From: Vicugna vicugna
Lineage: Eukaryota
DNA: 64,000 nucleotides
NCBI GenBank assembly: GCA_013265495.1
Contig: MU061017.1
Location: forward strand, 1,981,587 to 2,045,586
Reading direction: 5' to 3'
In this document: positions 1-12,795 of the stretch, one piece after another
How positions within the stretch are numbered: position 1 is the stretch's first letter
Layout of the letters: the number at the start of each line of letters is the position of its first letter
The notes under the pieces: generated by a model
Told to the model about the DNA's origin: nothing
The model's input: the letters and a program-made list of their open reading frames with translations, nothing else
The model's database searches: none
Program-made: the position numbers and the translations under genes

Positions 1-134
1 AGCCAGGAGGGCCTGCGCCTACAGGTTCGAGCTCCCCACCCCACCTGGTGGGATTGGGACCAGCCCACCTTGGCAGGAAGACGGGGAAGCCCCTTGATGA
101 CTTGCCAGCTTGGCCCCGGTCATCTGCCTGTAGG

Positions 135-235
135 GTGGAATGGACCTTAAAGATCAGCCAGTCCAACCCCTTCCTTTCCAAATGAATAAACTGAGACCTG
201 GCCAGATAAAATGACTTACCGCAAATCCTGGAGGT
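135..235 (-). mobile_element. MIR-family SINE fragment
   Basis: ggaccttaaagatcagccagtccaacccc...tttccaaatgaataaactgagacc resembles the MIR core in reverse. Confidence 0.6.
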
Positions 236-2281
236 GTTTTAGGGGCAAGGATAGACAAAAATGCCTGGTTTTCTGGTTCCTTTTTATCTACTTTCCCCAC
301 TTTGCCACCCTCTGCCTCTGCTTTTATCCTAACTTTATAGCTGGGGCACCAGTGGCACAGCACAAACGAGGTGATTAGAACCCAAATCATCCACATCTCG
401 TGCCTCTTGGACTCAAGGGTCCCCTTTCCACTGGACCCCATGGCCTCCCTCCTAGGGACTGACCCAGGTATTTCCATTGAAAAAATTTTAAAAATACATT
501 TTTCAAACCAAATAGTTTAAGAAACAATATTTGCCTTGGGAGATAAAAGATAAATGAAAGGAGGGTTGCTGTCAGGCAGTGGAGAGCATTTATTGGAACC
601 TGCTGGTTCTAAAACTAAGTATGAGACACTTTGAAATTGCAGAGAAGACCTGACCTCGCTCTAGGTAGCTTAGACTCAAGCTGTTCCGTATGATTCTCTT
701 CTTTTTCTTTGTCCTCCAGTTTGAGTCATCGCTTAAATATTGTTATCAATTTCTAAGACCAAGAAACTTACAGCTACTAATTATTTAACCAGCCAGAAGT
801 TGAGTGTTGGGGCAGCTTTCCTGTGCTCATGGCCACCTGGAGAGCAAATGAGGTCCCCAGGTGGTACCCCAGGTGTCCCTTTGGGTCCCTCAGCATCCTC
901 AGGAGAGTGCGCTGTGGTGACAGAGCCTTGTGGGTGATTTGAATTTCTCTCGATAGTTTAAAGCAGAGGAAACAAAAGAGCTTATAGGAAAATGGATTTC
1001 TACATTTTCTTCTATATTTCCTGCGTGTAGAAGTCTATTTGTAAGGAGTGCATAAGCCATAAAGACCCACATTGAAGGGTCAGAAGGATCTATAACTTCG
1101 GTGGAAAAGGTATCTGCATTTGTGCAGGGGTTATGAATGCCCACATTCAGGGAAGAGCTGTTGAATCACCAGGTGCCTTTTTCTTTTAAAGTGAAGCCTG
1201 TGTTGTAAGGAAGGGGGTAAAAATCAATGAGCAAGTGCAGAGGTATTAAGAATAAATCGCCATCTTTTACATATAAGAGGAGCATTTGTCCTTGGGACTC
1301 TGCTGCTCTGAAAGGAAGACGAATTCACCCAGGAATTGTTGGAAACAAGTGGAAAGTTTTCTTTCATCAGGTTCAGCGGGGGCCTGAGAGCCCTGCTAAA
1401 TGTTCCTGTAGAGGTTTGAAATTCATCAATATAACAGAATAAAGGTAAGAGGCAGGTAGCTCCTTATACCACGGACCAGAAAGCTTTCTGAGCTAAAAGA
1501 CTGCCGTCCAGGGCTGGTTTTCCTTTTTAACTGCCATTCTGAAGCTACTGGAGAAGTGATTCATCTTGTTTTAGGATTTAAAGCTAATTCAGAATTTCTA
1601 AAGGCTTTTTTTTCCCCCCAGGACCCTGAAGTCTCATTTCAGGAAGGTAGCGTCTGATGCCTCATGCCTCCCCCCACCTTTCTTTTCTCTTACGGTTAAC
1701 CGGGATCTGCCCTGCACTTCCAGAATAGATTTCTCACGCCGCATCCACTTGGTGAGCAGCATATTCACCTGTGTGAGCAGAGCTACTGCTGTGGCTTGGA
1801 CAGGGGACATTCAGGCGGGTGTGCTTAGCAAAGCAAGAACAAGACTGCTGAACCGATCAACTGACCCTGATCGAGACCTTCCATCTGTTACATCGAGGTG
1901 CCATCCTGGGTCAAATGAACCAAGGATGTCAAACTCGGCATTACGGACAGTGGTGGCCAGTTGTCACTTCCTGTCCTTTATCATTATATCCATTTTGATT
2001 GCAGGGCATAGCTGCTTTTAGAAAAACATGATGTTTACTTGTATATGGATTTTCAGGGTAGGGTCATACTTCCTCAAGTGCTCAAGTGACAAACTTGAAG
2101 AGAAATGCATGAAATAGGAGTTTCTGCAGAGCTGTGTCACATTGCTTTATGTGATAAACAGCCAAGCAGCAGGGTGACACGAGAATGCTTGTAAAAATCA
2201 GGAACTTCAGGCCGGATCTTGGAGTTTAGATGGGACTGGTATTGTTTGCAATGCATCCGTTCGCCCAGGTGGATTGTTAAC

Positions 2282-2450
2282 TAGAGCAGAGATCCCCCAC
2301 GTGGATACGTATCAGAATCGTCTGAGGAATATTTTAAAATTAGAATCCCAGGGCTCTGCTGCAGAGGTACCGAATCAGTAGCTTCAAGGTTGAGGCAAGG
2401 AAATCTTTTTCACAAGCCGTCTGGGTGATTCGTAAGCAGGTAATTGGATA
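2282..2450. mobile_element. MER5A-like hAT-Charlie MITE remnant
   Basis: atcagaatcgtctgaggaatattttaaaattagaatcccagggctc...gaatcag...acaagccgtctgggtgattc resembles the MER5A body. Confidence 0.6.
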
Positions 2451-4951
2451 CTATTCGGGGCCTGAACTCCGTATCCCATGCATTTTTGGAACCATTCGAC
2501 TCATGTGAACCATTAAAGTTGTGTGAACCTCAGGAAAGAATAATCAAAAAGGACCTTCAGTTAATTCAGCACATCTTTTAGGGCGTCCTGTGTGCTGAGC
2601 ACTCTGCTGAGCCTTGAGTCCTTACTGAGTTCAGTCACTTAAACAGATGTTGCTGTGTTCATTACATTGGAACAGAGTGGTGCTGTGATGGAGGTACAAG
2701 CTAGTTGCTATGGAGACAGGGGGAGGACCTGACCTTTATACCTCCATACCTCCAAATCCCGTTCTGTTTTGACTTCCATGGCCTTAGAGGATCCCAGGGC
2801 CAGATGTCGACAGTTAAGAGCAGGAGATAGCCCTGGATCCCATCCTCCCTTGGTCCTGCTGGATTTCCCATGGAAAAAGAGAATCCAGAAGTGTCACATT
2901 TGAAGACTGTAAGGGAATACCCTGCATTCCGTGCAGTCTGGTGTGTGCCAGCCCTCTATGCAGATAGGCCGGGTCTCATGGAGGGTCCCATGGAGGGTCC
3001 CAGTGGTGGCCTGTGAGTCCTGAGCACACAGCCGGAGGGGGGGCAGCTGCTCACTCAGCCATAGGTGTGAAGCTGGTGTCACAGCTGGTGGTATCTGGAA
3101 GGCTGTGGGGAGCAGCAGAACCAGCATGTGGGGTGGTTCTTCCTGGGGCTCTTTGGAGACAGTCCCACTGCACTGACCTGTCATCTCCCTAGTTCCACCT
3201 CTTTTCTCTACCCTAAAGGCTCTTTCCTTCTCAACTACAGGTCTCAGCTCTCTTCCCTGACCCATTCTTACCTCTGTAGCTCTGCCTGCGGCCCCCGGTC
3301 TCTGTGGGATTCCCCGTCTGAGATGTACAGCGAGGCCTTTTGCTAACAGAAGCAGGGATGAGTCAGACTTTGTTTTGAGTCTAGCAGACTTTGTGTGGAG
3401 AAACTGGACCCCGTCCCCTTGACTTCAGGCCTTGGTCTCTCTGAGTCCTTCTCTCTTACGATGTTACAAAAGGGTCTTGGTCCGAGACAAGGGCCAACAG
3501 GACATTTGAGCCCATTGTGGTCATGTGATAGCTTTGCTCCAAGGGTTCAGGGAAGAAGGTCATGATAGAGGGCAAGAAGTCCTTGATGTGCGAGGTTTTG
3601 TTTTCATTTTTGTTTTTTTGTTTTCAGCTTTAGAAACTACTTAGAGGTTTTGGGGGGAAAGTCAAGAAGCTACCATCACCTCTCCTCCTGGGAAGCATAT
3701 AATGTGCGGATCGGAGGCTTTGGAGACTGATGTCGTGCAGGCTGGGGATCTTGTTGTGTGTTTGTGTTGTTGTGTTTGTTTGTGTGAATATCCTGTATGC
3801 CATTCGAAAGGTGCCATCTTCCCCGAACAGATTCAGTGAGTGATGCTTCATGACATGTAAATTTATGTGTAGACCTCATAGCAAAAAAAGAGGAAGAGAG
3901 AGTCATCGCTTAGACCTCCAGAGAGCAGGGTGAAATCTGGACACGGATTCGTTGCCCCCAAGGGAGTTTAGGGACCACTGCTGGGACTGCAGGCTCTTTT
4001 TTCTCTGGCTATTTATTCTGGCCATTCTGGCCCTTTAAGAGCCTTGGTTGTCGGGTTGTCACTATTTAATAGCCTTCTATAAGATACTGGCATCGTTAAA
4101 GGCCAGACAGTGATGCTGACAGCTGGGATCTGTTTACAGAAGTAAAGGCAGCTGGCCTTGTTACAGAGTGAGGTTTAATGCTAGAATGGGGGCTGTATAT
4201 TATATGTATATTTACCTTGTCTTTTGGGCCAAAATTTGTTGCTGTTGTTGCATTAGTGTAGGGCTTGTCTGTCTGATGGAAATATTCAGAGGGTCAACCC
4301 TGAGAACTGGGGTGGGGTGGGGTGGGGAACAAAGGCAGGGGCCCCATCAGACAAAAGACAGGCCTGCTGGGGAGATCCCAGCCCATGTGAGTTGAGTGGC
4401 CCGTTCTGTCACCACCCGCGCTTCAAAGAGACCTGCTGAGTTACCCCCAGGACAGGACGACGTATCATCCTGGTAGTGGATGGAGGGTCTGCTGCTTCTC
4501 AGGCAGCCGCAGCGGCAGCCTTGGCCGTCTGCATCGTGAAGGCCCCGCGGCTTGGAGTTTGGGGAGTTTCCAGTTGCGGGGGGGCAGGTGTAAGAAAATT
4601 GAAACTTACACGCAGTGAACGCAGAACAACATCCTCCATCGCGTATGAGCCCCCCTCATTTAAATACGTTCAGATCGCCGCTCGCCTTTGGGCTTCTCAG
4701 TTTTGTAGCTGTCAGTCCAGTTTGGAATAGAAACCAGGCCTTGCAGCTCCCAAGTTTAGCCACTGTTGAGGCCGATTCTATTTTTGAAGAAGGAAAAATC
4801 GGTGGCCAGTGACTGGAGTTCTTTTTAAGGAATCCAGTTCTGCCTGGTCACGGTGACTTGACATCATCTTAAAAGTTTCAAAGTTAGTTCCCAGAGTGGA
4901 ATTTCCTATCTGGGGAGACCAGGTGAGGAAGGAGAGCGTGAGTGAGTGTGT

Positions 4952-4953
<2 letters not shown>

Positions 4954-4987
<34 letters not shown>
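4954..4987. repeat. (GT)17 microsatellite
   Basis: Read directly. Confidence 0.95.
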
Positions 4988-4992
<5 letters not shown>

Positions 4993-7159
4993 CCCCTGTG
5001 TCCCACCCAAGTCTCTTAGTTAGACTAGATGCTGGAACCACCAGGCAAAATCACATGAACACTAAACTCCCATGACCAGGTTTGGTCTCCTGAAACGGAC
5101 AGGAAGTTTCAAATTTCCCTACAGAGACTTCGTCTCTTGGCAGGTATTTCCTTCCTATTGAGATAAGGTTCCGGGAATAATGGTTTAGCTACTTGGTTTT
5201 CAAATCGCTCATAGAACTAGTCTGTCACCTTGAAGGGGAAGTTAAACGTTGCCTCTGTGACATCCTTCCAATAAGATTCCGCCACCACCAGCGGAGTTGG
5301 GTGTGTGTTTGTTTCTCACGGGTGAGCCTCGTATCTGCCTCTGACCTTTGAAGGGTCTCCTTGGAATCCCACTCATTCTAGTCCTTGAACATCAAAGCCC
5401 ATTACGCCGTGGCGCCGGTGGGGGGAACTCTCTTTAATGTCTTTGTCTTTGATTTCTCAGACTGGGATTCAAAGGCTCCCCTGTCTGTTGGATAAAGCAA
5501 AGTGAGTTTGTCAAGGACAGTTGGGTTTGGATTGGTGGAGGGAAGGAATCTAAGGGAATAATGAAAGAGATAAGTGATGGTTGCTTAAATAAAAATGCTG
5601 CTACAGAAACAAAACCCAAGCAAAACACCGTGAGGGATATCATAAGCATCTGATGCCATATTTAATGTTTGTGACTTACTGGCAGTTCTTCAGGGTTGTA
5701 GCATCATTCTGGGCAAGAAAGGACCATAATCAGCACACATGGAAGACCTCAGCCGCCAAGATGAGTGAGAATATTGTGCGTTTGGTTATTTTCTCCCAAC
5801 CTCCCTACGCCTCCCCAGCGGACCTTTTTCCCCAGCCCTCCCAGCAAGCTCTACCCACATCTTTGGCTCATTATAAGTCGAAAAGACTTATGTAGAGCTA
5901 CTGGCTGTTATTAGGCGTACACGTCGTAAGGTAGAAGCACCAAGAATGAGAATTGGCATGTCAATGACCAGCCTAGGGGGGCTCTTCTGGGTCCCTGAAA
6001 TCGCTCTGTGTGAAGACAGAAGGGGGTCCCGCAAATGGTGCTAAAGGACCTTCAGCTGAGCATCAGAGAGTGACGACATGGGTAACCATACAGATGGATG
6101 GATCATGACGTTGGCAGAGGCAGCGCCACAGACTCAGAATGAGGATGTACTTCACGGGTGCGGGGACCACCACACGGCCACCGTCTGCCACTGCCCCTCC
6201 TCCCCTCCCCTCTCCAGCACCCCACCTGGGCTGGGACTGCTCTCAGTTCTAGGTTTCTGATAAGCCATAGTGACAGATGTGGCATTTCAGCTCCTACCTT
6301 AATGAGTGGTACCAGCTACAGCCTTCTTGTTTGTTCGCTAATTCAAGAAAGCAATACAGTTATGTCCCAGATAATGGGTACGGTATTTAAGTGACTGAGG
6401 TTTCTTCTGTTCTGTCCCCTTCACAATTTTATATAATGTGGTCCTGTGTATCATCAACAGGTCAGTCACTGTCTGACGCAGGGGGACACTGGCTGAGGGA
6501 GTAGGGGATGAACTCTGCACCTTGTAGAAGGGAGTGTGACCTCTGTTGAAATCTCTTTACCATGATGCTCTACAGATGGCTCTTAAAGAGACTGAGTGCT
6601 TTGAGAGATCACTGGTTGAGTAGCTCCGTGAATAATCTAGCAAGGATACACTTCCTGCAGAGGAGCAAAGAGCCGATCACAACTTTAGCTTTAGCGAAGA
6701 ATAATTCTAATACTCACATTTTAATAAGGAATGATATAGCTTATCCAGAGTCCGAATTGGGGGATCAAGAGTGACCCACAGATGGGAAAGTCCGGCTCAC
6801 AGCCTGGTCCTTCTTGGTGGCCACCGCCGATGCTGAGCTCTGGGGGCTGCAGGTAGACATCAAGGCGGGGCCCAGTGGTGGTGAGGAGGGCGCTAGGAGG
6901 GTTCAGCTCAGGGACGAAGGCGGGGCTACAGCAGGGAGAGGAGCGTGGCCGGGTGGGCTCGGGATTCAGGGAACCTCAGTTTCCAGCCCCCGTTCAGAAT
7001 CAGCACATCCCCAGGTCTGACTCAGTATATCCCCAAGCAGGCAGTGTTTTTCTCTATGTGCTTGTCTCCCAGTTCATCCAGCGGAGGATCAACCCTTTTG
7101 TCATAAAAGTTGACTTTAATTGAAGCCAACTTTAAGCAATACATACTTAGATCAAGGGC

Positions 7160-7352
7160 TGTGGACCTAGATCTGCCTGGCATTCATATCTTGGCCTTAC
7201 CTCTTATTAGCTTTGTAACCTTGGGCTTTTAGTTAAACTTTTGGTTCTTAAGTTTCTTCATCTGTCAAGTAGGATAATAACTGCCTATCTGGTGGAATTG
7301 TTAAGAAGATTTCATGAATTCAGTGAAGTGCTTAGTACAGTGACTGGCATGA
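7160..7352 (+). mobile_element. MIR SINE
   Basis: tagctttgtaaccttgggc...aagtttcttcatctgtcaagtaggataataa...aagtgcttagtacagtgactggcat. Confidence 0.75.
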
Positions 7353-9892
7353 ATTAATCACCATATATATAAACAATATATCTTTGTTCGAGAATGTGCA
7401 TTTTTCACTTGACAGAAACTGAATTCGACAATTCTTTGCACTAGTTTTCTTCTGTAAGGAGATTATAAACCTTTGTCTCTTCAATAGCCCAGATGTGCTT
7501 AGAGCTATGATCACATAAGGACATTCTGGAAAGATACAAGCAGGATCCGAAATTCTCGAGATGAAGTTACAGGCCAGCATTCTCTAAATTTCTATTTTCT
7601 GGGTGTAGAGAATGCAACATCTGCAACAACAGCTGGACAAATATTGGAAGATAAAATTACAGCTTCTTGCCATGTTGGCAAAAGCTGTTGGACGGGAGAG
7701 GAACCATCCGCCTTGCATTAGCACCTTTTTATAGCCGGGAGAAGAGAAGTTGGATGAGTCCTTTTGCCAAGGCAAGATTTCAGGAGAGCAGACTCAGAGG
7801 AAACATCCTCAGGGGCATCCTGGAGGCCATCAAATCGTGCACCGCAATTTACTAAGAAGGCCTGGGTTCTCAGGGCGGGTTGATAGATTTTACGTTGTTT
7901 CTCTGGAGAAGCTTAGCTGAGTTCCAGCCATCTATGCATGTCCTTGCTGTACATTTCAATGATTCAACTTCAGGTAAAGCGCTGGCCAGTCATCGAAGTG
8001 CTGGCCGGTTGTCAGAGTGCCGCCCGGCAAAGGGAAAGCAGGCAGGACAGCCTGAAGAGGAAGCAGGGAGCTGGAGCTTCTGTTAAAAAGTGGGCTGGTG
8101 TTGGGGGGACCAGACATTTTCCCGGGCTTCAGACAGGTTGGGTGGGGCACCTGCTGTGTGTTCAGCTTTCCTAGCTGCACTTAATAGACCGAGTCTCTCC
8201 CAGGGATGACTCCTGTTCTTTGGGGACAGATGTGAGACCAGGGCAAACCGGGAGAGAGGAAACAGTTGGCAAAACAGCTACTGAGGATGCACAAAGGAAA
8301 CAAGACCCAGAAGCGCAAAGAGGACTTAGGTCAGGAGTCAGCGTGTGGGACCAGTCCCGTGGCTCCTGAACTTTGCTGCAGGGACCCTAGACCTCTCTGC
8401 TCCTGGTGTTTCTCATCGGTAAAGTGAAGGTGTCAGGTCTCCCCAGCTCTAACCGTCTTCGTTACTAAATGGCTCTGTGACCCTGGCGATGAGTCAGTCC
8501 GATGTGGTAGAAGACTGAGAAGTCAGGGTATGCGTCGAACTCATTCGCCACCTCTTGGCACACACTCGTGCTCTCAGCTGGTTGCCCCCCAGGGTGAGGG
8601 GCTGTGGACTGTGAGAGACTGTCCTCATGCTCACTCCTGAAGGATTTCACTCCTGGCCTGGAATCTGGCCCTTCTGAGGCTCTGTGAGGCTACTTCTGAT
8701 TTTACTGCTTTGGGGAAAAAAAAAACAAAACTAAATTCTTCAATGCATCTCCTTCGTTTATGATCTTCTTTTTTTTTAACCAAAATATAGTCAGTTACAG
8801 TGTGTCAATTTCTGAAGTACAGCATAGCATTGCAGTATGATCGTCTATTAAAACAAGCAAACACACAAGCTCCTTTTGTCAGAGTTAGGCTGGCGTCTCT
8901 CCTGCGTCTGATCTCAGGCTGTGGAGTGCAATTTGTTTGGGTCCTGCTCCTGATTCGTATCCCTTTGAGTCATTTCTTCTGACTCCCTGCTCAAGATGCT
9001 CTAAAGTGCTCCTAGGAGGAGGCGTGTACGTTCCTGGGGGTGGGAGTTGGCGATAGGACTGAGGGCCTGGGGAATAGCATGCATCTATCACTTCTGAGCG
9101 GATGATTAAACCAGCTTCTTCTAGATCTTCTCACCTGCAATCAGAAGCATGAGGACACTATGATGTGACATTAGTCAAGTTTTCTAGCTTCTAGGTGGTT
9201 CATGAGGACTGCAACCATGGTTTGAAACTACTGACTTTTCCTATAAAACTAATTCATCTAGTTAAACCTAATGAAATGCTCATTTGACCCAAGGAGCTCA
9301 GGAGGCCAAGAGAGCTGAAGCCATTATGCACCTTGGCTCTGTGTTCTGATTTGAAGCCAGCCCCCTGGAACAGAGCCAGGACCCAGTTCTTCCCAATTCC
9401 CAGCGGCTCAGATAATCTGTTATGCTAATGTCTAGATTCAACCTCTCCAAAATCTATTAAAGGATACGTGGGTGTATATTTTTATCTAAGTGTATGTATG
9501 ACCATATCCACTGAGAGCCCAGATAACGTGTGTGTACATAGAATAGAATAATTCATCTTGTCAGATGGCTGTTGTTGCAAGAAGCAGCTGGACATAGGTG
9601 AATTTATCTTATTTGGGGAGAGAAAAATGAATGAACAATTAAGGATGACAGAGGAGCCTCACCCATTCTTGACATGGGAGTCTTACCATCCGGCCTCAGC
9701 TACTGTGGAGAGCAGCTGGGTAGAAGAAAAACCAGGTAGACTGAACATTAACCCAAAAGTTAGATGTCAATTTAAAGGAACTATAAATACATATTTGTAC
9801 AGATGTTGGCCTTCTGTTCTGTACAGTGGCATCATCCTAGTGGACCATGTTCTATCTCATTCTCATTGCCAGCATTATTGGGGATTTTGTTT

Positions 9893-9897
<5 letters not shown>

Positions 9898-9947
<50 letters not shown>
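9898..9947. repeat. (GT)25 microsatellite
   Basis: Read directly. Confidence 0.97.
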
Positions 9948-9948
<1 letters not shown>

Positions 9949-10004
9949 CAAAGTACTACCACATAGGTTACTATCATTAAAAAACCAACCAACACAGCCT
10001 GACC

Positions 10005-10320
10005 TTATGTTTGGAACTTTACATACATCGCTTTCCTAAGTCATCTCAACAGCCCTGTGAGATTGAGCCGGTTGTTATGTTCCTTTAGAAACGCAGAGAA
10101 CAGGCTCTGAGATTCTCCTGAGATCTCAGAGTTACTAAGTGTCCAAGCTGGAGTTTTTGAACCCGGGCCTCTCTGCCTCCAGAGTCTGCCTTCTTAAACA
10201 TGACTCTCTCCTGACTGTGCAATTCTCAGGACAGTCCAACCACACGAATTGAGTTTTATTATCATCCCCATTTTACAGGTGGGAAACCTGAGGCCTGGGT
10301 GAAGTGACTCGTCTAGAGTT
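10005..10320 (-). mobile_element. Two adjacent MIR fragments
   Basis: tcatctcaacagccctgtgag...gaacccgggcctctctgcctccagag and atccccattttacaggtgggaaacctgaggc. Confidence 0.65.
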
Positions 10321-10559
10321 GCTTCCATGATTGTTTTTTGGCTTTCACTGAACTCAGTCATCTTTTATACCAATAAAGATCTGGTGGGGCAAGCTCAATA
10401 TCTTTAAAAAAATGTAGAAAGTGGCATCAGGCCACCTGGCCACCAAATGAATCATTCAAGAAGGTCACTTCATTTTAAACCATAAATGGAAATATTGCTT
10501 CTCTCAAACGTAGTAGCCGAAATAACTTCTTTGGAAAGGGTTGTTGACAGTGGTTTATT

Positions 10560-10800
10560 AAGAATAATAACGTGTATTATAACGTGTATTATTATGTGCC
10601 AGAGACTCTTATAGGTGCTTTACAAGTATGAATGCATTTAATCTTTCCAACAGCCCAATGATAAGCATTCTGTTTTACCCCATTTTACAGATGAGGAAAC
10701 AGGCACCCAGAGGTTACATGACTTGGCCAAAATTACACTGCTAGGAAGTCGTACAACTGAGGACTGGCCCGGAGTCCTCGGGCCTCACCACTCTACAGGA
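10560..10800 (-). mobile_element. MIR SINE, near full length
   Basis: tatgtgccagagactc...ccccattttacagatgaggaaacaggcacccagaggttacatgacttggccaaaattacac. Confidence 0.85.
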
Positions 10801-11202
10801 CTGCCATGTCGGTCTTGGTTTTGCATTCAGTTTAGGTCGGCTTATCAGTGAAGTTGCCCTTTATTTTCCCTCGACTACTTTGCTAATGATGAGAGCAGGA
10901 TGTCTGGCAGGAGGGGATGCCTTGGTTATTACGCCCCTGGTTCCGACATCTGGATTTCTCACAGGTACATCAGATGAAGGAGACTTCAGCATCCTTGGAA
11001 AAATAAAAGACAAGTCTCCACTGAAGTGGTCAAGGATAGTGATACTGAAGGCTCATTTCTAGAACAACTGACAAAATAAATGTAGAACTAGAATTTGATG
11101 CCTTTTTCAGAAATCCTTAGCCCTTATGAAATAGGTTCTAGAAATCCCCTTATCTAATGCATAGTCACTGATCAGATTAATCCTCTGTAGTTCACCCATC
11201 TC

Positions 11203-11395
11203 TTTTTTTTATTATTGAGTTATAATCATTTTACAATGTTATGTCAAATTCCAGTGTAGAGCACAACTTTTCAGTTATACGTGAACATACATATATTCAT
11301 TGTCGCATTCACCACAAGATCTTGTATATATTTCCCTGTGCTGTACAGTATAATCTTGTTTATCTATTCTGCATATGCCTGTCAGTGTCTGCAAA
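11203..11395 (-). mobile_element. 5'-truncated L1 3' end (laurasiatherian type)
   Basis: Poly-T then attgagttataatcattttacaatgttatgtcaaattccagtgtagagcacaac...tttccctgtgctgtacagtataatcttgtttatctattct; CACCCAT at both flanks (11193-11199, 11396-11402). Confidence 0.8.
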
Positions 11396-11950
11396 CACCC
11401 ATTTTTTAAGTTGGTGACCAGGGCATGGTCCTCGGGCATGCCTACCTTGGCCCTGGGACTACAGCACATCTATAGTCTGTCTTCCTTGGGAGCTGGTGTC
11501 TTTATAACCATTTAACAAGAAGGTATTGTCAGTTAGCTGTGGGAGAGACCTGGACTCACTTTCTGCTTTCAGCTCCTACTTCCTCAAGCACAGCAGAATC
11601 TGAAAAGAACAGTAAAATTAAATTGCTACAAGACATTGCTGGCTCAGGTGAAACCTGTGAACTCCGTTTGAAATCAGGATAATTTTTCTCTGTGGCTTTG
11701 TCTTAGTAAGACTCCCACATCTCTGATAGATGCCTTAGCCTCTCCTATGAACTGAAGCTTTAATTCCCCTTTCTTTAGCAGCTAAGGCTTTATAGCTTGC
11801 TTCTAGCATGGACTTGGGAGTTTACAAAACTCCTACCGCGACCTGAAGCTATTTGCTAAACAAGTTGGCATGTCTTTCAGCACATGGCATCCATTAAAAA
11901 AAAAAAAGAAGACATTTAAGCAGAAAACACATTTTAAAACATATCCATCT

Positions 11951-12167
11951 ACAATTTTGAAATTGTAGAATAGATAAACAAGATTACACTGTATAGCACA
12001 GGGAAATATACAAAAAATGTTATGATAAATCACAGAGAAAAAAAAATGTGACAATGAGTGTGTATATGTCCATGAATGACTGAAAAATTGTGCTGAACAT
12101 GCTGAACACTGGAATTTGACACAACACTGTAAAATGATTATGAATCAATAAAAAAGGCTGAAAAAAA
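11951..12167 (+). mobile_element. 5'-truncated L1 3' end with a 15-bp target-site duplication
   Basis: gaatagataaacaagattacactgtatagcacagggaaatat...ggaatttgacacaacactgtaaaatgattat, A tail; TSD AAAACATATCCATCT at 11936-11950 and 12168-12182. Confidence 0.88.
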
Positions 12168-12294
12168 AAAACATATCCATCTCCCACAGGGTTATTTTAC
12201 TTTTTAAATGAGATGAGGAGAGGGGACTCACTCCGTTCTCAAAAGAACCTTTTTCTGTCTGTTCACAAGGGAGAGAAGAGTGTGGGAGAGAGAT

Positions 12295-12795
12295 GGCTGG
12301 GGCTTTGGATGCCATTTGATCTGGGCCTGAATCTTGACCCCGTTACTACCATTGCTTGTGGCTCTGAGCCTCCACTTCCCTGTCTGTAAAATGGGAATTG
12401 TAATGCTCTGATTATCTGTGAACAGAGAGGCCAGTCATGGTTAACCAGAGTAGTAATGATGGCAGCAACTTGATAGTAAGATGCTTGTACACTCTTGCTC
12501 TTTCTAGTCCATAATTTGGAAAGAGAGCAAATGATAACTCACAGGAAATAACGAGTCTATTAGGAGGTCAACAGAAGAGGTGGGGTGGTTGTGGAGTGTA
12601 GTGGGAAGAGCTGGATGGAGACTTCAAATTAGATGGCTTTTAGTCTAGACTTCACTACTCATTAGCTAAGTTACCCTGGTCAAGTTATGTCTTCTCCTTG
12701 AGCTTTAATTTCCTCCTCTGTAGAATGGAGACAAAAGTACCAGCCTTTTTACATCTCAGAGCTGCCGTGAGCCTCAGATGAAATAACATAGTGTG
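12295..12795 (+). mobile_element. Two MIR fragments (~12295-12420, ~12620-12795)
   Basis: gagcctccacttccctgtctgtaaaatgggaattg and gagctttaatttcctcctctgtagaatggagac cores. Confidence 0.7.

Noticed and set aside
691-720. Strong-looking acceptor in intron 1 (also 3601-3627)
   Set aside because: No matching donor, no GT directly after the AG for a recursive site; pyrimidine-AG runs are common in long introns.
10105-10131. 9-bp hairpin CTCTGAGAT/ATCTCAGAG
   Set aside because: Too short, inside a MIR, compatible with chance.
10560-12795. Inverted MIR pairs as dsRNA formers
   Set aside because: The copies are too diverged from each other for stable pairing, unlike the neighbouring L1 pair.
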